Shown piece by piece: positions 1-8,770 of a DNA stretch of 43,600 bases. The stretch comes from a virus (lineage: Duplodnaviria > Heunggongvirae > Uroviricota > Caudoviricetes). The notes under the pieces are model-generated. The model did no database searches and was not told where the DNA came from. It saw nothing but the letters and a program-made list of their open reading frames with translations. Each line of letters starts with the position of its first letter. The stretch's first letter is position 1. Position numbers and translations under genes: made by a program. The stretch lies in IMG/VR virus record IMGVR_UViG_3300033143_002710. One strand, written 5' to 3'.

Positions 1-119
1 TACCCAGGCGTTGCACCCTGGGACTCTTTCTTGCAGCTACTAACCTGTCACCCTGCCATTTGTACTCTGTCCTAGTCGTACTGTCCCCATCCAGGGTCAG
101 ACGCTTCGTCTTCTCATGA

Positions 120-344
120 TTATGCCCTATTCCAGTGGTAGTTGAACAGACCGTGTGCGCGATCCATACAACCTGTCTCGTTGTGAACTTCGTTGGCAAT
201 GCGAAAGGCTGTTGCACCATTCATTCCAGTGGTGAAGTCGCCTCGCAAACCTGTGCGAGCATGAATCTCGCGAGCCACTTGCTTACCTACCATGTTGCGT
301 GGGTCACGAGGCAGGCCAGCATCGTAATGGTCTAGAATCGACAT
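120..344 (-). CDS. hypothetical protein (74 aa)
   Basis: ATG 344 with ACCACAAGAGG leader and own promoter. Confidence 0.7.
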   Translation of the reverse strand: MSILDHYDAGLPRDPRNMVGKQVAREIHARTGLRGDFTTGMNGATAFRIANEVHNETGCMDRAHGLFNYHWNRA

Positions 345-380
345 GAACTTTCCTCTTGTGGTTGTACTCAATGAAATGTC

Positions 381-409
381 AGCGTACACGCAACCGATTG
401 AGCCTACAA
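381..409 (-). promoter_or_regulatory. early-type promoter P1
   Basis: TTGTAG-N17-TACGCT, TG extension. Confidence 0.65.
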
Positions 410-631
410 GCGAAATACCAGTTCCTTCGTCATTAGCCTAAATCGGGAGCGTCGATCTAAGCACAGGAAAAGACCCATTGATATCTATGCTCCAGTGATC
501 GATTAAATCGCCCAGAGACGATCTGGCGCAGTCTGATACACAGGAATGGCCCATATAACGTAGATATAGCCCCATTTGTGAGGCTTGGATCGATATTGGG
601 GCCTGAACCTAGGCGACGAGCTACTCTCAAA

Positions 632-653
632 GGATGGGGCTTTCGCCCCATCC
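632..653 (-). terminator. Rho-independent terminator
   Basis: GGATGGGGC-GAAA-GCCCCATCC then TTT, after ORF 668-838. Confidence 0.65.
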
Positions 654-667
654 CAGGTTGATTTCAG

Positions 668-838
668 CTACTGCCAGATTCGACCTAGCATGTACGATGC
701 CATTGGCAGGGCGACCATTACTCCAGCAGGCAGCCAACCTCCAATGTGGTTAGGGTTGAGTCCAAAGCAAAATAGGTTTGCCAGCACTCCCATGAAGATC
801 AGGATTGAAACTAAGCACAGTGTGTTAGCCTGGTTCAT
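668..838 (-). CDS. small 2-TM membrane protein (56 aa, not in ORF track)
   Basis: MNQANTLCLVSILIFMGVLANLFCFG...RIWQ; GGAGG SD; ATGA overlap with upstream stop. Confidence 0.7.
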   Translation of the reverse strand: MNQANTLCLVSILIFMGVLANLFCFGLNPNHIGGWLPAGVMVALPMASYMLGRIWQ

Positions 839-1026
839 GATGCATTTCCTCCGTGGTCGTATTCGACGCCTGACAACAGACAGTTGAGCAGGTACGCCAT
901 GTCAAAGTAGTGCAGGTTGGTGGGGCTTGCCACAGGGTGCGCTCCATCGCCAAAGGTGTTGATTGCAGCGGCGATGGTCGCTTTCCTCTCACGAGAAATC
1001 TTGTCCCAATTTGCCTTCTCGCTCAT
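835..1026 (-). CDS. hypothetical protein (63 aa)
   Basis: AGGAG SD, ATGA-coupled on both sides. Confidence 0.7.
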   Translation of the reverse strand: MSEKANWDKISRERKATIAAAINTFGDGAHPVASPTNLHYFDMAYLLNCLLSGVEYDHGGNAS

Positions 1027-1169
1027 GATTTGCTCCTTTTTGCTGCGCGAAGTGCTTTACGATCCTGTCGCTCAGTGTTCGAGCGAACTCGTTTAGGCAT
1101 CTTAGCCATTCGCTTGGAGCAGGATGGCGATGGGATTCCATTCGCCAGGTAGCTTCTGAGATTCTTCAT
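1023..1169 (-). CDS. small basic protein (48 aa, not in ORF track)
   Basis: MKNLRSYLANG...RAAKRSKS; leader motif, promoter P2, ATGA coupling. Confidence 0.6.
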   Translation of the reverse strand: MKNLRSYLANGIPSPSCSKRMAKMPKRVRSNTERQDRKALRAAKRSKS

Positions 1170-1204
1170 GTGCTTTCCTTCTGTGGTTGATGAATGTCGA
1201 AACC

Positions 1205-1233
1205 AGTATATCGAAGCCCACTGTGGCCTACCA
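1205..1233 (-). promoter_or_regulatory. early-type promoter P2
   Basis: TGGTAG-N17-TATACT; AGCCCA/TGGGCT dyad around -35. Confidence 0.7.
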
Positions 1234-1251
1234 ATGGGCTGCGTATGCTGC

Positions 1252-1557
1252 CTAGTAAAGCCCCATGTATCTGACGCGACTCAGGCACTCACTGAGTGGG
1301 CTGTCCTTTTCGTTGAACCCGCAATTTTCCAGAGAGATGTAATTGCCTATACTCGAACTCATGTATTCACCGTAAACACCATACCTGGCGATCAGTGATT
1401 TGTCGCTGGGGCAGAAGTACAGGTCATACTTCTCGAAGCGACCCATGAAGACGCAGGTGTCACAATCGTGTTCGTGGCGCGACAACTCCGTTACCGAACT
1501 GCTTGCCAGCAAATGCCCATTTACCAGGATGCTTTCTACTCTCGTTCGTACCGCCAT
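1252..1557 (-). CDS. hypothetical protein (HxCxxC motif)
   Basis: ATG 1557 with ACCACAAGAGG leader; HEHDCDTCVFMG. Confidence 0.7.
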   Translation of the reverse strand: MAVRTRVESILVNGHLLASSSVTELSRHEHDCDTCVFMGRFEKYDLYFCPSDKSLIARYGVYGEYMSSSIGNYISLENCGFNEKDSPLSECLSRVRYMGLY

Positions 1558-1591
1558 GATCTTTCCTCTTGTGGTGCGTGGATTCATTTCT

Positions 1592-1620
1592 ATTGTCTCG
1601 AATGCGGGTGCTGCCTACCA
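1592..1620 (-). promoter_or_regulatory. early-type promoter P3
   Basis: TGGTAG-N17-GACAAT. Confidence 0.6.
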
Positions 1621-1715
1621 CTGTTTTAAGCGGCAATTCGCGATATTGCCTAAATAGCTTTTCCCGCTACTATCAACAGGTTATCTAAGCGGTGCCTAGG
1701 CGAACTATAGATTTT

Positions 1716-1741
1716 AAGAAAGGCCAGGCAAATGCCCGGCC
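1716..1741 (-). terminator. Rho-independent terminator
   Basis: GGCCGGGC-ATTT-GCCTGGCC then TTTCTT. Confidence 0.65.
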
Positions 1742-1793
1742 CTTCCGTGTTTCCCTTTGAGTTCTTAGGTTATCAGTGGTGTATTAGGCTAAT

Positions 1794-2102
1794 TCATGAT
1801 GCCCCCTCTGCCAGATCACTGGCCTGAACGAGTTTTCGAGGTATGAGACTACTGATTGGACGATAAACAGGTTTGTGGCGCACTTCGATATACATGCGCC
1901 TATGGGTAGCGTTGCTTTTGATAGTCGAGTCCTGGTTGGTGCCATATGGTCTGGGGCCTGTAAAGCGTTGGCTCACGCGAAAGTGATCCTCATTGAGCAG
2001 GTAGCGTCGAAACGCCCACCAGACCAGGCGATCAAGCCAATCGTCCGACTGGACTTTGCACAGGAAGTGAGCTTCGCGCTCTAATCGCTTGCCTGTCTTC
2101 AT
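1794..2102 (-). CDS. hypothetical protein (102 aa)
   Basis: Start MKTGK at 2102 by ATGA coupling. Confidence 0.65.
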   Translation of the reverse strand: MKTGKRLEREAHFLCKVQSDDWLDRLVWWAFRRYLLNEDHFRVSQRFTGPRPYGTNQDSTIKSNATHRRMYIEVRHKPVYRPISSLIPRKLVQASDLAEGAS

Positions 2103-2227
2103 AGTCCACATCTGGCGCGTACCCAATACCAGGCGCGTATAGACAGTTCGCTTATGATCAGAAATACCAGGACGGAATTGATCACAAGCAGGAAGTAAAA
2201 CATGTTCAACTCAAAATCAGGATTCAT
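2099..2227 (-). CDS. small single-TM protein (42 aa, not in ORF track)
   Basis: MNPDFELNMFYFLLVINSVLVFLII...; leader motif and promoter P4. Confidence 0.6.
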   Translation of the reverse strand: MNPDFELNMFYFLLVINSVLVFLIISELSIRAWYWVRARCGL

Positions 2228-2262
2228 CTTCTTTCCTTTGTGGTTGGTGGATCGTCAAAACC

Positions 2263-2290
2263 AGTATAAAGCCCCAGCACTATCCTACAA
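2263..2290 (-). promoter_or_regulatory. early-type promoter P4
   Basis: TTGTAG-N16-TATACT; perfect 10-bp dyad 2271-2280/2291-2300. Confidence 0.7.
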
Positions 2291-2308
2291 GTGCTGGGGC
2301 AGGCTACT

Positions 2309-2485
2309 TTACTCGTTCGCGATGCTAATGTCCATCTGAACCTGCTTCAATTCTCCCAGGCCAGTGTGGACTGCTTTGATTCGACAGGCGTGTACGCTAC
2401 CTATCTTGACATCTTTGACCGTGCAGACCAGGGCGTTAATCTCCGCCTCAGTCAATGGCACTGGAAACCTCTTTTCGTCTGGCAT
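2309..2485 (-). CDS. hypothetical protein (58 aa, not in ORF track)
   Basis: MPDEKRFPVPLTEAEINALVC...; AGAGG SD; promoter P5. Confidence 0.6.
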   Translation of the reverse strand: MPDEKRFPVPLTEAEINALVCTVKDVKIGSVHACRIKAVHTGLGELKQVQMDISIANE

Positions 2486-2518
2486 GATATATCCTCTTGG
2501 TTGGTGGATCTCTTATAT

Positions 2519-2547
2519 ATGGTGCTGGAAAATTTTTAGTCCTACAA
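2519..2547 (-). promoter_or_regulatory. early-type promoter P5
   Basis: TTGTAG-N17-CACCAT. Confidence 0.55.
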
Positions 2548-2851
2548 GTGAAATTTTCAGGCAATACGTGAGATTTTTGGTAAACAAGCCTGGAAACTGC
2601 ACCCCCACGCCTAGGTCGCTTTAGATTTGCCTAGGCGCATAGCTAGATTACGCCTATTTCTTTAGGTTAGGACTCAGATGGCCAGGCTAGGAATATACAA
2701 ATCCTTGCCCGTTCCTTTATTCAAAGGCCCCCTTTCCCCTATAGGATTTTGCGGAGCCGTTCTCCTAGGTGAAGGCTCGAGCTAAACCTTCGGGGACGCG
2801 GCTCATGACAGACCGCGCCCCCTTGGGCCTTTTTCTCTCCAACCACAGGAG

Positions 2852-3160
2852 TTAAACTGGTTTCAATTCGTCCTCGAACACTAGGATATAGAGGCGTTCG
2901 TCACCTGGGAATTCTTTGGGTCGTTGTTTACCTAGTGTCTTGAAGAACAAGAGCCATGCGCCGTTTTCTTCGTCAATTCTTCTGGCCTGTTCGATTTTGG
3001 ACAGATGCTTGGTATCGTAGGCCACTAGATAGGCTATCGAGCTACCTACATCTTCAAGGCTTTTGACGACTTCGCCGCCTATTTTATTTAGCAAAGTGAT
3101 TACGGCTCCATTATTGCGATTGCCCACGTTCACCTTGACTCTGGTTCCGTTCTCGATCAT
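2852..3160 (-). CDS. hypothetical protein (102 aa)
   Basis: Start MIENG with AGGA SD. Confidence 0.7.
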   Translation of the reverse strand: MIENGTRVKVNVGNRNNGAVITLLNKIGGEVVKSLEDVGSSIAYLVAYDTKHLSKIEQARRIDEENGAWLLFFKTLGKQRPKEFPGDERLYILVFEDELKPV

Positions 3161-3196
3161 GTGGTTGGTTTCCTGTATGACTGTGGCTGATGGTTC

Positions 3197-3225
3197 ATAC
3201 TGACAGAGCCAACACACTCCTACAA
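3197..3225 (-). promoter_or_regulatory. early-type promoter P6
   Basis: TTGTAG-N17-CAGTAT. Confidence 0.55.
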
Positions 3226-3456
3226 GCGGGATGGTCAGGCGATATCAGTCGTCCGAGTACACACTCGTGTGTACGAGGCGTGTCATGTAGGCCGCTCGAA
3301 GAAAGACTGGTATAGCCTGTGGGTAATCGACTGGTGTCTGGTGTAAGAGGAATTTTATGGAGGGTGATGGAAATGAGACATTGCCGCCCCGCCACGCTCC
3401 CATACAGGAATTCCAACTCTTATACCTGTAAAGACTATCACTCAGTGCTACACCCC

Positions 3457-3510
3457 ACTGTCTACCTATAGCTATACAAACTATCTCTAACTGTCTACCT
3501 ATAGCTATAC
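3457..3510. repeat. 21-bp direct repeat x2
   Basis: ACTGTCTACCTATAGCTATAC at 3457-3477 and 3490-3510. Confidence 0.9.
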
Positions 3511-4203
3511 GCTATCCCGTATACCTCACTCGATGTGGATACCTCAGTGTGCCAGTGATCTATTCCAGGTGTCTTATGTACTGTGCAATTGGTGCACCTA
3601 TTGCTCGATCCATGAGACAGGTTAGATATACTAGGCTATATATTGTTCAGGTGATTATATGCTCTGGTGTATCAAACTTTCCTGTTGGGCTGACTGTCAT
3701 ACGGATTTCCTGATTGTGTTTTGATATAGAATTACCTGGTTTTGGGTGGGATAGCTATGCGATAGCAAATGTGGGTGTCGATCCTGTGTCTTATGCTTCG
3801 TGAGCTTAATTGTGTGCGCAGGTATGGGGTATGGGAGTACGATGGTAGCAGTCTAGCCATTCCTGTGGCTTGTGGGCGATCTGAGAGCTTCTGAGATATC
3901 TTACAGGTGGATAGATTGGTTTTAGATAGGCTATTGTAGTTTTCTCATGCGGGTGAGCCTAGGCCATTGATTTGTAAGAAATTACAGGCTCATGAAATAG
4001 TATCCAATTGAGCCTGTTAAATCTTTAGGTTAGTAAATTGAATTTACCGTAGATTGGTAAGTATTCTGATAGCCCTTTCTAATGTAGGCTTGGTGGGGCG
4101 AATCTAATGTTGCGAATAGCAGCGCAACCTTCTCTGCGACAATCTATCCTACCGTCGCCAGCGGTGGTTGACTGATAGCAGTTGCATTTGAGGTTCATGT
4201 CGC

Positions 4204-4410
4204 TCATTCGATATGACCCTCGCGAATGACTTGGCCTTCCCAGATGCCATCCGAATCGAGAGCGTCACCTATCTCGTCGGCTGCCTGGTCCTCATTATCG
4301 ACATAGGCCATGCGAAAATTACCGGCATCCACAATCTCCAGTTTCTTACCATCTAGATTTGGGCCTGTTGCTGGTTGAACCGTAAAGACGGCGACGTATG
4401 ACATTTTCAT
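4204..4410 (-). CDS. small acidic hypothetical protein
   Basis: ORF with ACCACAAAGAGG leader. Confidence 0.75.
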   Translation of the reverse strand: MKMSYVAVFTVQPATGPNLDGKKLEIVDAGNFRMAYVDNEDQAADEIGDALDSDGIWEGQVIREGHIE

Positions 4411-4429
4411 GGTTGATACCTCTTTGTGG

Positions 4430-4861
4430 TTAGTAGGTTTCTTTAATCTCTCTACCTAGCTGAGCGTCAGCGTCGTACAGGTCATGCTTGATGTGGTGCT
4501 GGTTGACGGCCTGCTCCTTGGACTCTGCGAATTGCCAGACCCAGGCCGCTACTCCATCGCTATTTACAGCCTTCTTTGCTTCATGGTCAGACTCGGAAAA
4601 CGCTTCAATAGTGCCTTCGTATGTCTCTACGGTTAGAAACCGTTTCATGTGTGTAGTCGAGTCCTTGGTGACATCAGCAACGATATCGCTAAGTAGGTCA
4701 TGCAGATTGCTGTGGTCTGCCCTATTGAATTGTCTGGCGACCTCTGCGATTTGCTCCGACGTTATAACGTCGCCGCCAGCCTGGAGATGGGCTATATCTC
4801 TTATTTCTTCTGCCGTATAGCCAATGTGGGCAGGATAGTCCTTGCGAAAGTCCTCACTCAT
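4430..4861 (-). CDS. hypothetical protein (143 aa)
   Basis: Leader motif and promoter P7. Confidence 0.75.
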   Translation of the reverse strand: MSEDFRKDYPAHIGYTAEEIRDIAHLQAGGDVITSEQIAEVARQFNRADHSNLHDLLSDIVADVTKDSTTHMKRFLTVETYEGTIEAFSESDHEAKKAVNSDGVAAWVWQFAESKEQAVNQHHIKHDLYDADAQLGREIKETY

Positions 4862-4894
4862 GATTGGTGCCTCTTTGTGATTGTTTGACGATCC

Positions 4895-4923
4895 ATTCTC
4901 TCAATTGGCGACCGCACCTACAA
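4895..4923 (-). promoter_or_regulatory. early-type promoter P7
   Basis: TTGTAG-N17-GAGAAT, TG extension. Confidence 0.55.
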
Positions 4924-4936
4924 TAGCTAGACTAGG

Positions 4937-5086
4937 CTATTTGATCGTGCCACCGAATAATGTCCAGAAGCAAATGAAGAAGGTCACGATACAGACGGCG
5001 GCCACGTTAGGTTCCGTTGGAAATATAACCGCCCCAACGATGCTAGATATGCCTGCTATTATAAACAGTATTACCTTGAAGATCAT
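4937..5086 (-). CDS. small 2-TM membrane protein
   Basis: Hydrophobic; ATGA coupling at 5083-5086. Confidence 0.6.
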   Translation of the reverse strand: MIFKVILFIIAGISSIVGAVIFPTEPNVAAVCIVTFFICFWTLFGGTIK

Positions 5087-5481
5087 GACGTTAATATCTC
5101 CTCTATGTATACGATCCACGATAGGTGGCCGTTGACTGGAGCAAGCTGTTTGAGGCGTCTTTTCACGACTCTCCTTTTAAGAGATGCCAGTCTGCGTTTG
5201 CCTGCTGTATTGAGCGATTGCTTCCTTGGCATCTTCTGGCCGCAGCATTTGCAGGTGGTCTTTGGGCTGGTATGTGTCCTGTAATAGTGTGTGTGCATCC
5301 AGCAGAGTTTGTCGCAGGTGCCCTTGACGAGCAAGGATCGGGCACTGTTCGACAGTCCACCTCGACACCCAATCGACCTCTTGGCTCGTTCAAAAGTGTA
5401 TGTTCTTCCTCGAGCCTCTTTGGTGGGCCTGGACATGATCTGTCGACGTTCGCTATTGCTTAGTCGATCAAGACCTCTCAC
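5083..5481 (-). CDS. basic Cys/His-containing hypothetical protein
   Basis: GTGA coupling; CKCC motif. Confidence 0.6.
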   Translation of the reverse strand: MRGLDRLSNSERRQIMSRPTKEARGRTYTFERAKRSIGCRGGLSNSARSLLVKGTCDKLCWMHTHYYRTHTSPKTTCKCCGQKMPRKQSLNTAGKRRLASLKRRVVKRRLKQLAPVNGHLSWIVYIEEILTS

Positions 5482-6107
5482 GATCTGATGCGCCTGGGGT
5501 GTTCGCTGAACCGTCTATTTCGCAAATGGATTCGTTTGCCTTCCTTGTAGTATTCACAGGAAGGAGCGTGTTGTCGCCAGTCGGTCTGGGCAATCTCACA
5601 ATTGCACCTACTCCATGCCGCACTCATGTCAGCCCTGTCTTGCTCTCCCTGTGTGACTTTGGGAGGCTTGGGTGCGCTGGCGTTGGCGGTCGAAACGAGA
5701 TCAGCGCCCTCTTTAACCCATCGCATCAGCGTGGTCAGACTGCCTTCGCAGATGTGAGGGTAGGTGGTAGAATCGCACCAGCCACACTTCTCTTCCTCTT
5801 GGCTTGACGGCGTTCTATCCTTGAAGTATTTGATACTCCAGCCTAAAAACAACATTGCCTCGTGCCATGTGGAAACAAACATGCCGTCTATTACATCGTC
5901 GACGGTTAGGAAGCCGGTTTGGTTCATATCTAGCTTTCGACCGTTCTGCGACAATTCCAGGTAGTAGCCGTGACCGTGTAGATTGGTCATGCAATCCTCG
6001 ACCGTGATGATCCACCAGCCATTGACTAGGATTTCAGCGACGACATCACCGACCTGGATTACGCCAATGGCATCATCTCGTAGACCGTGACCTCTTAGCT
6101 TTTCCAT
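5478..6107 (-). CDS. hypothetical protein with Cys/His clusters (209 aa)
   Basis: CGWC..HIC and CNC..HAPSC motifs. Confidence 0.7.
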   Translation of the reverse strand: MEKLRGHGLRDDAIGVIQVGDVVAEILVNGWWIITVEDCMTNLHGHGYYLELSQNGRKLDMNQTGFLTVDDVIDGMFVSTWHEAMLFLGWSIKYFKDRTPSSQEEEKCGWCDSTTYPHICEGSLTTLMRWVKEGADLVSTANASAPKPPKVTQGEQDRADMSAAWSRCNCEIAQTDWRQHAPSCEYYKEGKRIHLRNRRFSEHPRRIRS

Positions 6108-6110
6108 AAT

Positions 6111-6512
6111 TTACCTCGATGCTTTAACAGCTTGAAGGGTGATTGGTTGCCAATACAGGTCTAACTCGAAATCGTATCTGAGCAATTCCTGTATGGGGAC
6201 GTAGCCTAGCTCTGGGAAGCCCATTCCAAGGTCGCACATGCCAAACGCCTGTATCTGCTCTGGCGTGAGATCCTTTTCGATAACGTGGTAGTCGGCAGCG
6301 CCTCTGAAATAGTGAAGATGCACAATGGCATTGTCACCTTGGCCGTCTGTCTCGCCAATCTTAGGCATCTTGTCGATGGTGGCGGCAAGCTCTACCAGCA
6401 TTTTCCTGAAGAAGTCACCTTCTTCGCCATTGCAGGAAGTCGCCATAACTACAAGCTGCTTTCTGCCTATAAAATGTTGCAGCGATGATATCGCAGCCTT
6501 TACGTTTTCCAT
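6111..6512 (-). CDS. DUF2958-like protein
   Basis: QAFGMCDLGMGFPELGYVPIQEL matches the recalled DUF2958 signature. Confidence 0.65.
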   Translation of the reverse strand: MENVKAAISSLQHFIGRKQLVVMATSCNGEEGDFFRKMLVELAATIDKMPKIGETDGQGDNAIVHLHYFRGAADYHVIEKDLTPEQIQAFGMCDLGMGFPELGYVPIQELLRYDFELDLYWQPITLQAVKASR

Positions 6513-6546
6513 AATTTTAGCCTCGCTGTGGTTTATTTCAGTCTCA

Positions 6547-6575
6547 ATGGTAATTCATTCAGCCGAGTCCTACAA
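6547..6575 (-). promoter_or_regulatory. early-type promoter P8
   Basis: TTGTAG-N17-TACCAT. Confidence 0.65.
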
Positions 6576-6724
6576 TTATTCTTGGAGGTGTAAATTCAAT
6601 TAGCCTCTTTGTGGAATTTTTTATTATGCCTGTAAATTCTCCATTGGTTCCTTGGTAAATGCCAGAGGACTAAAATTATCACATATCCAATCACAAGAAC
6701 CAGGCGCAGAGCCAATTTGCCCTA

Positions 6725-7072
6725 TCACGAATCAACAAAGGCCAATCTCACGGCAATATGCTGAATACTGGACTCGTTAGGTAATTTCTCTATCGTTCGC
6801 TCACCAGCCTGGTATCTGCGGTCATACTCGTCATGGTCGAAATCAATGCGGCTGGAAACGATAGTCCCTTGTTTGCTGGCCAGGACCGAATCTTTGAAGT
6901 CGCCGTTTATATGCTTGTGTCGAGCGGCGGTGTTGACGTAGATGTGCGCCCAATATTCACCGTCTGTGGTTCGGTCGACATGAATCTCACCGCCTGGAAA
7001 ACAGATGCGATGCTGTTCAGGCTCTTTCTTCTTGCGCTTGTCGCCGAACACATTGATGATTACAGGCTTCAT
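6725..7072 (-). CDS. hypothetical protein
   Basis: ORF, ATGA coupling. Confidence 0.7.
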   Translation of the reverse strand: MKPVIINVFGDKRKKKEPEQHRICFPGGEIHVDRTTDGEYWAHIYVNTAARHKHINGDFKDSVLASKQGTIVSSRIDFDHDEYDRRYQAGERTIEKLPNESSIQHIAVRLAFVDS

Positions 7073-7410
7073 GATTTATTCCTTAATTCAAGTGTGTCCA
7101 GTTGTTTCTTTTTGACTGCCTCTATCTCATGAGCCTTGCAATTCATTTGCATCCAGCCTTTGTCAGTGTAGGTTGACACGTAATGCGTGTGGCCCTTTTT
7201 CAATGCGAGTGAGTGAGGCGGTTGTTTGCAAACAGTCTGTTTGCCAGGCCATAGCCAGAATAGGCGCTTGATATTCTCGTGAGTCTGGTACAGTTTCGAT
7301 CTGGCCTCATCTTCGCTGTTGGCCTCGATATCCACGTTAAGCCAGGACTGTTCGCTAAATGGTGTGCGTGAGCCTACGACGCAGCCCATGAAACATGCCG
7401 TGTATTTCAC
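7069..7410 (-). CDS. hypothetical protein
   Basis: ORF in coupled chain. Confidence 0.7.
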   Translation of the reverse strand: MKYTACFMGCVVGSRTPFSEQSWLNVDIEANSEDEARSKLYQTHENIKRLFWLWPGKQTVCKQPPHSLALKKGHTHYVSTYTDKGWMQMNCKAHEIEAVKKKQLDTLELRNKS

Positions 7411-7724
7411 TTTGAATTCTCCTTTATGAACTTTTTGGCTGCCGCTTTGAGAGTGCAGACCTTATCTGACAGCGATGTGAATAGGCCGTCTGTTTTGACA
7501 TGCGTCGACCTGTTTGCTTCTGCCACCTGACGCTGCATACCAAACCAAGGCGCATTGTCCCAGATATTTAATGGAATGTCATTCAGGTGTTCATCTGCGC
7601 TTCTCAACAGTCTATCTTTGCCTATATAGTTCGCTACGGCAGCGACAACGTTAGGCGATGAGAATTGACCGTAGTATTCGTCATGAGTGAATTCCCTGTC
7701 CATGTATTGCTTGCGAGTTATCAC
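7407..7724 (-). CDS. hypothetical protein
   Basis: Probable GTG start 7724 overlapping upstream TGA. Confidence 0.65.
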   Translation of the reverse strand: MITRKQYMDREFTHDEYYGQFSSPNVVAAVANYIGKDRLLRSADEHLNDIPLNIWDNAPWFGMQRQVAEANRSTHVKTDGLFTSLSDKVCTLKAAAKKFIKENSK

Positions 7725-8071
7725 CTGATAATCTCGATCTGGACGTACTTGTAGCCTTTGTCGATCCAGTGATTCGCCGTTCTGACGGTTCGCATATACA
7801 GGTTCCATCTTTCGCCGTCGATTCTCAGATAACCAGCCTGGTTGGTTCTTTCGATCTTCACTCTGTTCTTGCCTGGTCGTCGTTTGGGAATCACCTCGAT
7901 AACTTTAGCTTTCGTGACGTTGAAGAATAAATCAAGTTCTTCCGCACAAAGAGCTTGACCTTGACTCCAACCATACTTACAGGATTGATAGTCGCCCTGT
8001 AGAAGATTAAACGTCATGGTAATTGGCCCTATGCCGTCAATCGCCATTCGCCTTGCGTCTGTCATTTTCAT
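7721..8071 (-). CDS. hypothetical protein
   Basis: ORF in coupled chain. Confidence 0.7.
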   Translation of the reverse strand: MKMTDARRMAIDGIGPITMTFNLLQGDYQSCKYGWSQGQALCAEELDLFFNVTKAKVIEVIPKRRPGKNRVKIERTNQAGYLRIDGERWNLYMRTVRTANHWIDKGYKYVQIEIIR

Positions 8072-8301
8072 GGGAATATAGCTCCTATGATTTGTTGAAT
8101 TACAAATAGGCTTACAGCGCCAGACGCTATCAACAATAAGCAGCCTACCGCTGGCATGTCACGTTTAGATGGTTGATGCATTACAGGCACCAAATCGCAA
8201 TATCCGCAATCCTCATCTTCGCAAAGTGGCCTAAGAATTATAGTCTTGCGTCTTTCGCCGCATCTTGGACACTCGTATTCTTGTCTAGGCATTTGAGACA
8301 T
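8068..8301 (-). CDS. Zn-ribbon protein with C-terminal TM helix
   Basis: CPRC...C-x4-CGYC, hydrophobic tail; GGAGG SD. Confidence 0.65.
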   Translation of the reverse strand: MSQMPRQEYECPRCGERRKTIILRPLCEDEDCGYCDLVPVMHQPSKRDMPAVGCLLLIASGAVSLFVIQQIIGAIFP

Positions 8302-8542
8302 GAGTAACCTCCTGCATTTCACCCACCGTCATGTAGGTGATAAAATCCAAGTCCATCGGCTCGACCGATAGACACATGCTGTTATGAACCCTGACCATTT
8401 GGCCTCTGTGATTGTTCCAGTACATCAGATCGCCTACTTCCAAATCAGCGCAGACAATATGACCTGGCACACGATTCACCTTGAATACGGCGTATCGACG
8501 CGGTATACCCGCTATCGCAATATTGAATTGATTTATTTTCAT
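8285..8542 (-). CDS. hypothetical protein
   Basis: ATGA-coupled start MKINQ. Confidence 0.65.
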   Translation of the reverse strand: MKINQFNIAIAGIPRRYAVFKVNRVPGHIVCADLEVGDLMYWNNHRGQMVRVHNSMCLSVEPMDLDFITYMTVGEMQEVTHVSNA

Positions 8543-8769
8543 TGCCTTACTTTCACCCAGCCTCGACGTTCCAGGCATTGGACGGTGAAGTCTCGAAAAA
8601 GAATGGGATTTAGACCGCCTCTACCACTCCAGGCCATTGCTCGTTGTTCTGCGATTATGGCGCACTCGTATTTGTCCTGGTCGATGGATGCTTTGGTAGG
8701 GTGTCGCAGCAATGTCGGTGCGCAGCCTACCAAAAAGAGAGTCACTATTAGAATCACTATTGCCTTCAT
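8539..8769 (-). CDS. small lipoprotein (76 aa)
   Basis: MKAIVILIVTLFLVG|C lipobox; GGAGGA SD. Confidence 0.8.
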   Translation of the reverse strand: MKAIVILIVTLFLVGCAPTLLRHPTKASIDQDKYECAIIAEQRAMAWSGRGGLNPILFRDFTVQCLERRGWVKVRQ

Positions 8770-8770
8770 A

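Noticed and set aside
457-651. Minus-strand ORF 457-651
   Set aside because: Starts inside the terminator stem, has no SD and low-information sequence
3230-4200. Protelomerase telRL site of a linear phage-plasmid
   Set aside because: No long perfect palindrome
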